Source: Candidatus Dojkabacteria bacterium
GTDB taxonomy: Bacteria > Patescibacteriota > Dojkabacteria > SC72 > JAFGCJ01
Assembly (NCBI GenBank): GCA_016929645.1
Contig: JAFGIK010000026.1
Coordinates: 14,288 to 78,287, forward strand
DNA: 64,000 bases
Reading direction: 5' to 3'
A program made the translations under genes and the position numbers. Of this stretch, positions 30,783 through 41,426 are shown piece by piece; position 1 is the first letter of the stretch; every line of letters begins with the position of its first letter. The notes beneath the pieces are model-generated. The model ran no database searches. It was not told the origin of the DNA and saw nothing but the letters and a program-made list of their open reading frames with translations.

Positions 30783-32357
30783 TCAATTTTTCAAAAATTC
30801 AATTGCATCGTTCACAAACTTTTCGCATTTCTTAATACCAAGAACTTCCATACACTCAAACAATGGAGGGCTTTGATATCTTCCAGTAATTGCAACACGC
30901 AACGTCATAAACATATGTCCATGCTTCCAACCACATTCATCAGCATAGCCTCTAACAGCATTTTCCCATGTCTCATGCTGCCAACCTTGCTCTAAAACAG
31001 GCTTCAGTTTATCCCAAAGCCCAGATAAAATTTTAACCTTATCACCTTCTCCAAACTTATCAAAATCTTCTTTTATATAATTCAACTTATCATCATAAAA
31101 GAAATCTATTGCACCAGGAAGTTCAGCAAGGTAGACAAGCCTTTCATAGACAAGGTTTAATGCTTTTTTAAAATAATCGAAATCAGATTCCCATAGCGGA
31201 AGAAGTCTTGTTATTGAGTCTTTAAGCTCGTCTTCCCAAGCTTCGTGTTCATCAAACTTATCAGCGATAAACTCTGCAAGAACATAATTTTTTGCCCAAA
31301 ATACAACTTTTTCAGCAAGTACATCAATGCCTAATCTTCTTATATGCAACCCATTAAAGTGATCAAGCTTGTTTTGATCAAATTTTGCATTACTCTTCTT
31401 CATCCTTGTCACATCAAATAATTTGATCATATCTTCAAGAGTATAGAATTCATCCTCCCTTGCATCCTCGGGTTTTGGAGCCCAGCCACATAATACAAGA
31501 TAGTTAAGTACAGCTTCAGGAAGATAGCCTTTCCTCAGATAAGCGACACCAGGCATTGCTCCTTTTCTCTTACTGAGTTTCCCTTTACCATCTGGATTAA
31601 GAAGATGTGGAGTATGGACCCACTTTGGAGGTATCCAACCAAGAGATTCATACAGAAAAACATCCCGTGTCGTCTGAGTCAAATATTCTCGACCACGAAA
31701 AACGTGTGTTATACCCATATAATGATCATCAACAACCGATCCAAAATGATAGGTAGGAAAACCATCAGATTTCAACAAAATCATGTCATCAATTTCTTTG
31801 TTATTTACTCGGATTTTTCCATAAATCACATCTTCAAAAACAATAGAATCAGATAAAGGAAATTTCATCCTAACAACATATTTCTCACCAGCTTCAATTT
31901 TCTTTTTAACATCATCTGCAGATAAATCACGACAGTGCCTATCGTACATTGGCTTCTGGTGATTTTCTATCTGGCTCTGACGAAGCTTTTCAAGTCTTTC
32001 CTCTGGACAAAAACAATAATATGCAGCACCTTTTTCAACAAGCTCATTAGCATGCTTCTGATAAATATCAAGCCGTTGAGATTGAACATAAGGACCATAC
32101 TCACCTCCTTGTACAGGACCTTCATTAAAAGTTATACCATATAGTTTTAAAGTCTCAATAATAGCCTCAGTACCACCTTCAACATAACGCTTACGGTCAG
32201 TATCTTCTATCCGAAGAATATTTACTCCATCATTATGACGAGCCATAAGATAGTTATTTAAAAAAGTTCGAAGATTCCCGGTATGAACTCTCCCTGTCGG
32301 ACTTGGAGCAGCTCGAACACGTACACCTCGAGATTCCATAGAAGTTTTTTTATCCAT
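30783..32357 (-). CDS. gltX: glutamyl-tRNA synthetase
   Basis: HIGH region APSPTGRVHTGN, KMSKS as KLSKRKG. Confidence 0.85.
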   Translation of the reverse strand: MDKKTSMESRGVRVRAAPSPTGRVHTGNLRTFLNNYLMARHNDGVNILRIEDTDRKRYVEGGTEAIIETLKLYGITFNEGPVQGGEYGPYVQSQRLDIYQKHANELVEKGAAYYCFCPEERLEKLRQSQIENHQKPMYDRHCRDLSADDVKKKIEAGEKYVVRMKFPLSDSIVFEDVIYGKIRVNNKEIDDMILLKSDGFPTYHFGSVVDDHYMGITHVFRGREYLTQTTRDVFLYESLGWIPPKWVHTPHLLNPDGKGKLSKRKGAMPGVAYLRKGYLPEAVLNYLVLCGWAPKPEDAREDEFYTLEDMIKLFDVTRMKKSNAKFDQNKLDHFNGLHIRRLGIDVLAEKVVFWAKNYVLAEFIADKFDEHEAWEDELKDSITRLLPLWESDFDYFKKALNLVYERLVYLAELPGAIDFFYDDKLNYIKEDFDKFGEGDKVKILSGLWDKLKPVLEQGWQHETWENAVRGYADECGWKHGHMFMTLRVAITGRYQSPPLFECMEVLGIKKCEKFVNDAIEFLKN

Positions 32358-32506
32358 TTAAATCGAAAAAAAAATTAAAATGACACAACACCATCAATTA
32401 CTTGTATAATAGGCAGAAGTTTAGATCAAAAAGTGAACAGCAACAAACCGATAACATATAAAAAATTAGTATTGTTGCTACATTTCACAACTGATATTAT
32501 TATATC

Positions 32507-33784
32507 ATGACTTTAACAGAAGCTGCGGCATTCACAAAAAAATCTGTTTATTTTATAGGCATACCGTTTCTTGCAATTACCCTGGTATGGATTGTTTATC
32601 GTACGCTTGTTCCGAATTCAGATCTACCAGATAACTACATAACACCAGATTACATGTGTGGACCATTAGACACGATCACAATTGACTCGTTACCAGTATC
32701 CAAGTCAGACACAACTATATCAATCGAGACAACATCAGGAGCAATACCTGACTTACCAACAGTCGTTAATGTATTTGAATACGCCCACCCGGGAGCAAGT
32801 CTATCCGCACTCCAAGAATCCCAAATAATCGCTCAAAACCTCAATTTCGACATGGAAGCTTACACAAGACCAACAACTACAGAATATCAATGGACTGATA
32901 CTGATACAGCCAAAACACTAGTCGTTGAGACTGGAAACTTAAATTTCGACCTAAAAACAGATTTTTCCAATCCAAATGTAGAACTTAACTCAAAAACATT
33001 ACCATCAAGCACGGAGCGTGCAATAGAAATTGCCACAACTTACCTGCAGAGTAGAAGCCTATTAACACGAGATTATTATGATGGATATCAAAAGGCATAC
33101 TTAATCAAACTAACTGCAGATGGTCAAATGCGTGAAGCAACATCAATCTCAGAAGCCCAAATGATAAGGGTTGATTTCTTTCGAAAAAAAGACCTTATTA
33201 CAATAGACCCGACACTTGCGCAAACAGAACAAATCGGATCATCAATCCAAAACGAACTAGAAGACGATCAAACAACAACTGATCAAGGTTCAACAGATGT
33301 TAAAAAGTATACAACAGACATACTTAATGATAGTCCAATATTCGGAAATATTTCAGTTTACATAGGCGGTCAAATGGGAGAATATAATTCTGATTATCAA
33401 ATTCTCGGAATAAACTATGTTAATTGGTATCTTGCTGATCAACCTTGTGGTACCTATAAATTAATCAGTCCAGATGAAGCTGTTAAAAAAGTCCAGGATG
33501 GAGAGGCAGCACTTGTTAACTTAGTTGTAAAAAACGGTGATCATATTGCCCCTCACGAAAATAAGGTTGTAACAGATATGCTTATACTTGATGTCAGTCT
33601 TGACTATTATGATACAAAAGAAAAACAATATTATCTTCAGCCAATATACGTAATTAAAGGTGAAGCAGAACTTGATACAGGAGAGTTTGCTGATTTTTAT
33701 TATTATGTTCCGGCAATAGACTATGATTCAATTCCAGAAGATGCTGGAATCGCACCAGTCGAAGAAGAGACACAAAATCCCTAA
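32507..33784 (+). CDS. hypothetical membrane-anchored secreted protein
   Basis: N-terminal TM; no family recognised. Confidence 0.4.
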   Translation: MTLTEAAAFTKKSVYFIGIPFLAITLVWIVYRTLVPNSDLPDNYITPDYMCGPLDTITIDSLPVSKSDTTISIETTSGAIPDLPTVVNVFEYAHPGASLSALQESQIIAQNLNFDMEAYTRPTTTEYQWTDTDTAKTLVVETGNLNFDLKTDFSNPNVELNSKTLPSSTERAIEIATTYLQSRSLLTRDYYDGYQKAYLIKLTADGQMREATSISEAQMIRVDFFRKKDLITIDPTLAQTEQIGSSIQNELEDDQTTTDQGSTDVKKYTTDILNDSPIFGNISVYIGGQMGEYNSDYQILGINYVNWYLADQPCGTYKLISPDEAVKKVQDGEAALVNLVVKNGDHIAPHENKVVTDMLILDVSLDYYDTKEKQYYLQPIYVIKGEAELDTGEFADFYYYVPAIDYDSIPEDAGIAPVEEETQNP

Positions 33785-33861
33785 GATACTAAAAATATTC
33801 TTTTTAAGCCAAAATTCTGATAGGAATTCAAGAAGAAACACCATTTGTCAAAAGTATAAAC

Positions 33862-35211
33862 TTACTCACAACGATAGTTTTCTCTTACCCAGTTTATTAA
33901 TGTTTTCGATTCCTCATATCTATCCTCCGAATTCAAAACAATCGTTATAAAATCAGGATTATCATCAACATAGGTAACTAAACACAAACCAGCATTTTCA
34001 GTATAACCAGATTTCAAACCAATCACTCCATCGACCTCCCACAACAGATAATTCGTAGAATCAACAACCTCTTCACGACCATATGAAGTTGTCACTATAA
34101 CAGATGCTTTAGATACAGTCTCAGAAATGAAACTGTTTTTCATAGCAGTAACAGACAATACTGCAATATCCCTGAGACTTGAATACTGCTTATCGTTATC
34201 AAAGCCAATAGGGTTTTCAATCAAAGTATCTTTCATACCAAGATCCCTGGCCTTCTTATTCATAGCTTCAACAAAAGAATTCACACCTCCAGGATAATTC
34301 TGAGCAAGAACGTACATTGCATCATTTCTCGAGCCTACAAGCGCTGCAGACAACAATTCTCTAACAGAGAGTGTTTCACCAATCTCAATATCTAGACCAC
34401 TGCCTTGGGCGTCTACAGGCTCAAGAAGAGCAAGTTCCTGATCCATGTCATGATAGTACTCAAGTGCTACAAGAGAACTCAAAAGCTTAACAATACTTGC
34501 AAACGAGACCTTTTCGTTTTCGTTTTTCGATGCTATTACATCAAAATTATCAGCATAAAAAACAAAATAGCTTTGAGCATTAACCTCTGGGGTATCTGTG
34601 CCAACATTTTCGCAACGTGGGTGAAAATCTGGAAGAATACCCTCATCTACCAACAAAGGTTCTACTGGTGGTGTCAGCGGTCCAATGTATTCTCTGGAAG
34701 GTATGTTCTCAAAATATAGATAGGAGAGAATAGCTAATCCTAAAAATATTATAAATAACAATAAACTCCAGATAATTCCTCTTAAACTAGTATTTTTTGA
34801 TTTATCATTAATGGTTTCAGTCCCAGAACTTATTTCCTGATTATTCATCAACGCATTTTCTTCTTTATCTATAGGTGTTTGATTACTTTTCGTTTTAAGA
34901 TTTGTTTTAGCAATTGTTTTTTTATTTGTTTTGATATTTGTTTTAATAACTGATTTTTGAAGAGTTTTAATGGAAGCCGTTTCAATATCAGCACTAACTT
35001 CAGGATCACTCCAACTACGGTCCATATCACCATCTAGATTATCCTTTATATCATGAGAATCTTGACTTTCAGCTAAGTTTGTTTCATCTGCACTAAATGA
35101 AGACGCGGTCTTTGTCGATTTCTGATCTGCCCCATCATCTTCAATATTAGCCTTAATACGACTAATAAGGTCTTTTTTACTTTGTCTATTAAATCCTCCG
35201 TCAGCTGGCAT
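33862..35211 (-). CDS. D-alanyl-D-alanine carboxypeptidase (S11, PBP5-like) with long disordered N-terminal region and TM
   Basis: SIVK (SxxK), SRN (SxN), KSG (KTG) motifs in order. Confidence 0.7.
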   Translation of the reverse strand: MPADGGFNRQSKKDLISRIKANIEDDGADQKSTKTASSFSADETNLAESQDSHDIKDNLDGDMDRSWSDPEVSADIETASIKTLQKSVIKTNIKTNKKTIAKTNLKTKSNQTPIDKEENALMNNQEISSGTETINDKSKNTSLRGIIWSLLLFIIFLGLAILSYLYFENIPSREYIGPLTPPVEPLLVDEGILPDFHPRCENVGTDTPEVNAQSYFVFYADNFDVIASKNENEKVSFASIVKLLSSLVALEYYHDMDQELALLEPVDAQGSGLDIEIGETLSVRELLSAALVGSRNDAMYVLAQNYPGGVNSFVEAMNKKARDLGMKDTLIENPIGFDNDKQYSSLRDIAVLSVTAMKNSFISETVSKASVIVTTSYGREEVVDSTNYLLWEVDGVIGLKSGYTENAGLCLVTYVDDNPDFITIVLNSEDRYEESKTLINWVRENYRCE

Positions 35212-35345
35212 TAAGTAATATTTAATAAATAACTAGTGTATATATTAATAAAAATGAAAGGATATGGCTAATAAAGATAATAATCTTACCATAACAATGT
35301 TTCGGTAAAATTCAAAAGGATCTGGCTGGTTAATGGAGTCAAATT

Positions 35346-35382
35346 ATGGTGGCAAGTTTTGTTAAACAAAACTTGCCACCAT
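35346..35382 (-). terminator. perfect 16-bp hairpin (ATGGTGGCAAGTTTTG-TTAAA-CAAAACTTGCCACCAT) 3' of aspS; weak U-tract
   Basis: Read directly. Confidence 0.4.
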
Positions 35383-35407
35383 AAAACAATATCCGAACCC
35401 AACAACA

Positions 35408-37300
35408 TTACTGTTTAAAATCAGAATCCTTGGATACCGGATTTGGCTCTGCGATCTTTATTAAATCCGACGCCTTCATGATTATTGATCTATCACGTCT
35501 ACCAGCATTAAACGCTACCTTTTCCTTTTCCCAGAAAGATTTATCAATATATGTCTCAATCTCGAACAATTTTCCAAAAGGTGGAACAGCTCCAACTTTT
35601 ACCCCAAGCTCTGACTCAACAAACTCAGGGTCAGCAAACTTAAGCTTTTCGCCTACAACAGCAGAAGCTTTTTTCATATCAAGCTTCTTATCCGCAGGTA
35701 TACAGACCATAACAAGGCCTCCATCAGGTTTGGTCAAAATCATCGCTTTTGGTGCAATATCCATAGGGGTATTTCGCACTTCAGCCGCCTCTTCCGAAGT
35801 TTTTACAGATCGATGTTCGATTACTTCATATTTAACATCCTCAGAATCAAGCAATCTTTTCAATCTGACAAAAATCACATCACTTTCCTCACCTATATTA
35901 ACAGCCAATCCTAATTCTTTTAGGTGGTCGGGATTTGCAATAGATGGTGCATCCATAACAGATGTTCTACCACGTCTTGTCATTGGAAAGGCAATTGTTT
36001 CTTTTAGAGATTGCTCATTTGCAAGAAGCATGATAATTCTATCAACACCCAGAGCTAATCCTCCATGAGGTGGGGTTCCGAGTTCAAAGGCCTTTACCAT
36101 ATGTCCGATAGCTTTCATCATATCTTCCTCAGAATATCCCATTATCTTGTAAGTCGCTTTCAATACTTCAGGATCATGCGCACGGATACTTCCACCACCT
36201 ACTTCAAGACCATTACAAACAAGGTCATACTGAGTTGTCATTATTTTATCAATATTTTCACCTTTTAAGTGCCATTCTATATGCTCATCAACTGGTTTGC
36301 TAAATGGGTTATGAGTAAATACCCAGCCACTTCTACTTTCTTCAACTTCACTTGCGTCCTTTCGGTCAACTTTCTTGAAAAAAGGAAACTTCACAACCCA
36401 AGCAAATGCAAGTACATTAGCTTTTTTCTCCTCTTCTGTTCTTAGATCAAACTTATCTGCACCATATTTTTTTATCGCTTCATCATAAGGAATTACAGGG
36501 AATGGATCTTCTTTCAATTTAGATCCAACAGCTTTTACAGCCGCTTTGACAGAATTTTCAACAGCACTCATAACCTCAGATTCATTAACAAAACTCATTT
36601 CTAAATCAAGTTGTGTAAATTCGAATCCTCGATCAAACTTCAAATCTTCATCTCGAATACATCTGGCTAACTGAAAATATCTATCTACACCAGCAGTCAT
36701 AAGTAGTTGTTTGTATTGTTGCGGGCTTTGAGGCAAGGCATAAAATTTGCCGGGAGCCATCCTTGATGGGACAAGGAAATTTCGAGCTCCCTCAGATGTT
36801 CCCATAGACAGAAGTGGGGTCTCTACTTCTGTAAAATCCTGTTCAAAAAAACCTTCTCTTAATGATCTAACAAAATTTGACCTCATAACGAGAATATTGT
36901 GCATTCGTTCTCTTCGTAAATCCAGATATCGATATTTCAACCTTAATTCTTCATCGATTTCATACCCATCACTTTTTACAGGAATTGGTAGTTCTTTGCA
37001 TTTATTAAGAACTTTATATTCAGAGACATCGATTTCAATTGTTCCTGTAACTAAATCCTTATTGACACTGTTTTCTGGTCTTTTATTTACTTTTCCAATA
37101 ATTTCAATAACTGATTCATCAGAAAGCTTATCCCCTTTTTTAGTAATAACACATTGGATAATACCTAACTTATCCCGAAGATCAACAAAAGTTACACGTC
37201 CATGATCACGCAGTGTATCAACCCATCCTTGTAGTTTTATAGTTTCTCCAACTTTCTCATTTGCTTGTGCAGTAAGAGTTCTTGATAAATTTGGATTCAT
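35408..37300 (-). CDS. aspS: aspartyl-tRNA synthetase (short form, apparently lacking GAD insertion) fused to C-terminal YbaK/ProX-like aminoacyl-tRNA deacylase domain
   Basis: Class II motif 2 FRDEDLKFDRGFEFTQLDLEMSF, motif 3 GGGSIR...GLALGVDR; C-terminal about 160 aa with GAVPPFG signature of YbaK/ProX. Confidence 0.85.
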   Translation of the reverse strand: MNPNLSRTLTAQANEKVGETIKLQGWVDTLRDHGRVTFVDLRDKLGIIQCVITKKGDKLSDESVIEIIGKVNKRPENSVNKDLVTGTIEIDVSEYKVLNKCKELPIPVKSDGYEIDEELRLKYRYLDLRRERMHNILVMRSNFVRSLREGFFEQDFTEVETPLLSMGTSEGARNFLVPSRMAPGKFYALPQSPQQYKQLLMTAGVDRYFQLARCIRDEDLKFDRGFEFTQLDLEMSFVNESEVMSAVENSVKAAVKAVGSKLKEDPFPVIPYDEAIKKYGADKFDLRTEEEKKANVLAFAWVVKFPFFKKVDRKDASEVEESRSGWVFTHNPFSKPVDEHIEWHLKGENIDKIMTTQYDLVCNGLEVGGGSIRAHDPEVLKATYKIMGYSEEDMMKAIGHMVKAFELGTPPHGGLALGVDRIIMLLANEQSLKETIAFPMTRRGRTSVMDAPSIANPDHLKELGLAVNIGEESDVIFVRLKRLLDSEDVKYEVIEHRSVKTSEEAAEVRNTPMDIAPKAMILTKPDGGLVMVCIPADKKLDMKKASAVVGEKLKFADPEFVESELGVKVGAVPPFGKLFEIETYIDKSFWEKEKVAFNAGRRDRSIIMKASDLIKIAEPNPVSKDSDFKQ

Positions 37301-37345
37301 GAATTTTTAATTAAAAATTATTTTCATAAAAGATAGCAACCTGAT

Positions 37346-37397
37346 TAAAAAAAAAAGTCGTCTTTTTTGATAGCAATTACTATCAAAAAGGACGACT
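37346..37397 (-). terminator. rho-independent terminator of recJ (18-bp stem, CAAUU loop, followed by U10 on minus strand)
   Basis: AGTCGTCTTTTTTGATAG-caatt-ACTATCAAAAAGGACGACT preceded on + strand by A10. Confidence 0.65.
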
Positions 37398-37569
37398 TTG
37401 TCGTGGTGCCACCTTTATTCCTTCAAAAGTTTTACCTCTATGAAGCTCTAATAACAAATATCTAACATGTCACGTAAATTTTGTGAGCTTGCACCGTCCT
37501 CACTCGCTTAAGATTGATTATATCACAAAGTTCATGTCACTCCATACAAAACAGATAAAAATCTAATCC

Positions 37570-39291
37570 TTATGATTCTTCTTCAAATTTCCTAATGTCT
37601 TCAACTCTAAATTGTAGATTTTTTTCACCATTCCACTCGTTTGACTCGAGGTAGCCAACCATATCAACTCGATCACCACTTACCAACTGATCGAACCAAA
37701 ACCCACCATTAAAATATATACATGAAAGCATCCCTGAGTTATGACCCCGGACAAGTAGTTTTAAATGATTATTTTCCTTGCCAAGAAGCTTAGAACTAAT
37801 TATCACTGCATCATTAATCCAGAATACTGGTTTACGATTTCCATAACCAAAAGGTTTTAACATTTCACAAACATCAAGAATTTCCCACTCAAGATCTCCT
37901 ACATCAACAATCACATCAGCAGAAATCTCTTTTACAAAGTTTTCTTCTGTAAGTTCTTTTTCTGCATAAGCTTGTAATTTAGTCTTAAATATTTCCAGAT
38001 TTTTCTCAGACAAAGTAAACCCTGCTGCTTGATTATGACCTCCATAACGATCAAGGAATTCACTATTCTCTTCAATTGCATTGATAATACTAAATCCATT
38101 GATACTTCTTGCTGAACCTTTCACCTCTTTGCCTGTATTTGTTGCAACAATAACAGGACGATTATATTGTTCCTGCAATTTTCCAGCAACAATCCCAATT
38201 ATCCCTTCTGGCCAATCATTGCCACATGCAAAATATAGATGCTTGCCAAGACCATCACGCTCAACAAGAGCTCTCGATTCATTAAAAATCTCCTCTGTAA
38301 TTTTTTGCCGCTCAGTATTAAGCTGTCCAAGCTTCATGGCAATTGTTCTTGCCGTAGAATCTTTTTTTGTAACAAACAAACGAAGGGCATCTGTCGCATC
38401 ACCCATCCGTCCAGCTGCATTAATTCGTGGACCAAGAATATATCCCATTGTACCCGTAGTAATTTCTTCTGGAGTTACACCCGATTGCTCTGCTAACATG
38501 CGAAATCCAATACTAGGATTTTTGTTAACTTTCTTAATACCCTCGTTGACTAAAACTCGATTTTGCCCAGAAATAGGCATCAAATCGCAAACTATAGAAA
38601 AAGCAACAAGATCTATACCGGAAACTTTTTCGAATTTGAAATTATCTGGATCTCTTAACTTTTCAAGTGCACAAACAAGATACCAGGCAACAGCAGCACC
38701 AGACAAATAAGGATTAGAAAAGTTCTTGTCAGGATACAACGGATGTACAATCGGAACGTTTTTCGGAAGTTTTTTACCTGGTTCATGATGGTCAGTTATA
38801 ACAAAATCCAATTTTCGCTCCGAATTTTTAGTACTCGAGTACTTATTAATCGTTTCAACATCTCGAATACCACAGTCAACAGTTATTACCAGTTCAGCTT
38901 TTTTGTTAATTAGTTTTTGAATGCTCCCCTCAGTAATTCCATAACCATCATCAGTTCTTGTAGGAATAAAAGGCAAAACTTTAGCTTGTCTTTCATTATA
39001 AAGATAATTCCATAAAATCGCTGTTGCACATACACCATCAACATCATAATCCCCATGAATAAAGATTCTTTTTTGTTCTTTTATTGCTTTTTCAATACTT
39101 TCTGCAGCTAATTTCACATCAAAAAGATTAAGCGGATCATCAAGTTGATCAATGACAGGATTCAGAAATAACTTTGCTTCGGAAAGCCTTCTAAAACCCC
39201 GATTAAACAAGAGTTGACGTAAAATCGGATTAAATTCAGATAATTCAGCATCAACCTCATCAGTAATTTTCACAGGCTCAACCCAATTCAT
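37570..39291 (-). CDS. recJ: single-stranded-DNA-specific exonuclease RecJ
   Basis: DHH family motifs HGDYDVDGV, DHH, C-terminal OB domain. Confidence 0.85.
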   Translation of the reverse strand: MNWVEPVKITDEVDAELSEFNPILRQLLFNRGFRRLSEAKLFLNPVIDQLDDPLNLFDVKLAAESIEKAIKEQKRIFIHGDYDVDGVCATAILWNYLYNERQAKVLPFIPTRTDDGYGITEGSIQKLINKKAELVITVDCGIRDVETINKYSSTKNSERKLDFVITDHHEPGKKLPKNVPIVHPLYPDKNFSNPYLSGAAVAWYLVCALEKLRDPDNFKFEKVSGIDLVAFSIVCDLMPISGQNRVLVNEGIKKVNKNPSIGFRMLAEQSGVTPEEITTGTMGYILGPRINAAGRMGDATDALRLFVTKKDSTARTIAMKLGQLNTERQKITEEIFNESRALVERDGLGKHLYFACGNDWPEGIIGIVAGKLQEQYNRPVIVATNTGKEVKGSARSINGFSIINAIEENSEFLDRYGGHNQAAGFTLSEKNLEIFKTKLQAYAEKELTEENFVKEISADVIVDVGDLEWEILDVCEMLKPFGYGNRKPVFWINDAVIISSKLLGKENNHLKLLVRGHNSGMLSCIYFNGGFWFDQLVSGDRVDMVGYLESNEWNGEKNLQFRVEDIRKFEEES

Positions 39292-39314
39292 TGGAAATTG
39301 TTAACAGATTTTAG

Positions 39315-40004
39315 TTATTGTTCTATCTTATCAGAATATTTTTGTAAAATATAATCAATTGAATCCCAACTGAAACCTCGATACTGAAGCCTACTTATTA
39401 ACTTTTGTTTTTTAATGGCCTTATTTTTCGCAATCTTTAAGTATACCTCTTCAGCAAGTTCATTTTCTGTCGTACCTTCGGATTTTAGCGACTCAATAAT
39501 CTCATTAGAAATTCCTTTTTGTCCAAGTTCAAATTGAATTGCATTCCAACCTCTTTTACTACTTTGCTGTCTACTTGACACTAACCACTTTGCAAAATCC
39601 TCATCATCAAGATATTTTCGCTCTTTCAGCTTGCTAATAACTCTTTCTATAATATTTTGTTTTACCTCATTATCCTTAAACTCCTCCACATTAACAGAAC
39701 TCTTAGAAAGAGTCCTAGATTTGACAATATTTTGCAAAATCCTGGGATAAACCTGTATTAGATGGTATCTTAACTCTTTTTCAGAATGTGGTCTGCGAGC
39801 AATTTTCTCAACAGCCCTGTTAAGCAACAAGACAGAAATTTCTTCAACAAATATTTTATGAATATCATCCGAGGAAATATTATATCCTTTGTAAAGATTG
39901 AAACTTGAAAATACGGACAAAGAGATCCCGCAGAAAAATTCACCATCAATAAAAATATTAACTCTATCTTTATTCTTCTGCGATGTGATCTCTGTTATTC
40001 GCAC
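39315..40004 (-). CDS. recX: recombination regulator RecX
   Basis: 229 aa helical repeat protein downstream of recA. Confidence 0.75.
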   Translation of the reverse strand: MRITEITSQKNKDRVNIFIDGEFFCGISLSVFSSFNLYKGYNISSDDIHKIFVEEISVLLLNRAVEKIARRPHSEKELRYHLIQVYPRILQNIVKSRTLSKSSVNVEEFKDNEVKQNIIERVISKLKERKYLDDEDFAKWLVSSRQQSSKRGWNAIQFELGQKGISNEIIESLKSEGTTENELAEEVYLKIAKNKAIKKQKLISRLQYRGFSWDSIDYILQKYSDKIEQ

Positions 40005-40024
40005 ATTTATAATTGGTCTATGAT

Positions 40025-41128
40025 TTAGACACTAAGCACATAGTAAAGATTAACACCATAACTTTCTTCATCAGTGATAATACCAAGTTTGTCAAAAATT
40101 GCTGCCTTATATGAATACATACTTCCCCAGAAACCACTATACGTATACTCAAAAACAGTCATACCATCACTTCCTGCAAGATCTTCTGCAACAGCAATCG
40201 CATCCTCCATTGTACCAACCTCATCTACTAGTCCATTATCATATGCCTGGGTCCCAGTATAAATACGTCCATCAGCAAGTTCATAAACTGTATCACGATC
40301 CATATCTCTTCCATCAACGATAGCATTAACAAACTGTTCATACGATTCATCAACAATCTCTTGAAAGATTTCATCACCTTCAGCAGCTTTATCGTCCTGA
40401 TTAAACACAACGTTTGAATCTTTAAAATTACCAGAAGTATAAACCTTACTCTCTATTCCAAGCTTATCGTATAATCCATCCATACTTTGAAGTTCCATTA
40501 TTACACCAATACTTCCTGTCAAGGAAGCGGGATGAGCAACAATTTTGTCAGATCCTGCTGCTATATAATAACCACCAGATGCACCCATACTCGAAATCCA
40601 TGTAATTACAGGTTTCTTTTCTGATGCTTCTGAAACAGCTCTGTAGATCAAGTCACTTGCAACAACTTCACCGCCAGGAGTATTCATATTCAAAATAATT
40701 GCTTTCACACTATCATCTTCAAGAGCCATATTTAGTTCGCTTTCTACTCGGTCAGGAGTAACACCACTAGAAGAAAACAGTGAGCTTGAATCATCCATTC
40801 CAATAACCCCTTCAATATTTATTACAGCAATTTTATCCTCAGATCCTTCATAAAGTACATTTTCATTGGCACTTGTCGATAAATCTCCACTCGCAGAAGC
40901 TAATAATACAATAAAGGCGATAAATGCCCCACCAATAAGTAAAAGTAAGCCACAACCAATACCACCCACAATCAAGCAACCTTTGTTTGATTTTTTAGGT
41001 GCCTCACTTGATACTGGAATTGAAGCATTAACCGTACCACTTTGATTACTACTGGTAGTAGATTTTTCTACCTCGACAGATTCACCAGCATTCAAAGATT
41101 TAGATTCTTTTTCTTTATCCATCTGCAT
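40025..41128 (-). CDS. sppA: signal peptide peptidase SppA (S49)
   Basis: N-terminal TM; SMGASGGYYIAAG serine motif. Confidence 0.75.
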   Translation of the reverse strand: MQMDKEKESKSLNAGESVEVEKSTTSSNQSGTVNASIPVSSEAPKKSNKGCLIVGGIGCGLLLLIGGAFIAFIVLLASASGDLSTSANENVLYEGSEDKIAVINIEGVIGMDDSSSLFSSSGVTPDRVESELNMALEDDSVKAIILNMNTPGGEVVASDLIYRAVSEASEKKPVITWISSMGASGGYYIAAGSDKIVAHPASLTGSIGVIMELQSMDGLYDKLGIESKVYTSGNFKDSNVVFNQDDKAAEGDEIFQEIVDESYEQFVNAIVDGRDMDRDTVYELADGRIYTGTQAYDNGLVDEVGTMEDAIAVAEDLAGSDGMTVFEYTYSGFWGSMYSYKAAIFDKLGIITDEESYGVNLYYVLSV

Positions 41129-41426
41129 AAAATCGATCCTCTAAACTAATTTTAATGAAAGCATCATGAAAATATTGCTATCTGATATATCATAAGTCAT
41201 GTCCTGACTAATAGCGAAATAAGAGCAGATATCAAGACACTTTGATGCCGACACATCATCCACTAACAGTGGACTGGCTTCATACATTAATTAAGAAACC
41301 AATGTCATAATAGTATAATCAAAATTAGCAGAATTTGTAAAGTAAGACTCAACCTTAGATATAAATATTGAATCTTAATTCTTCAGATAATTTTTTGATA
41401 CAATCACAATTTTAGATTTTGTAGAT

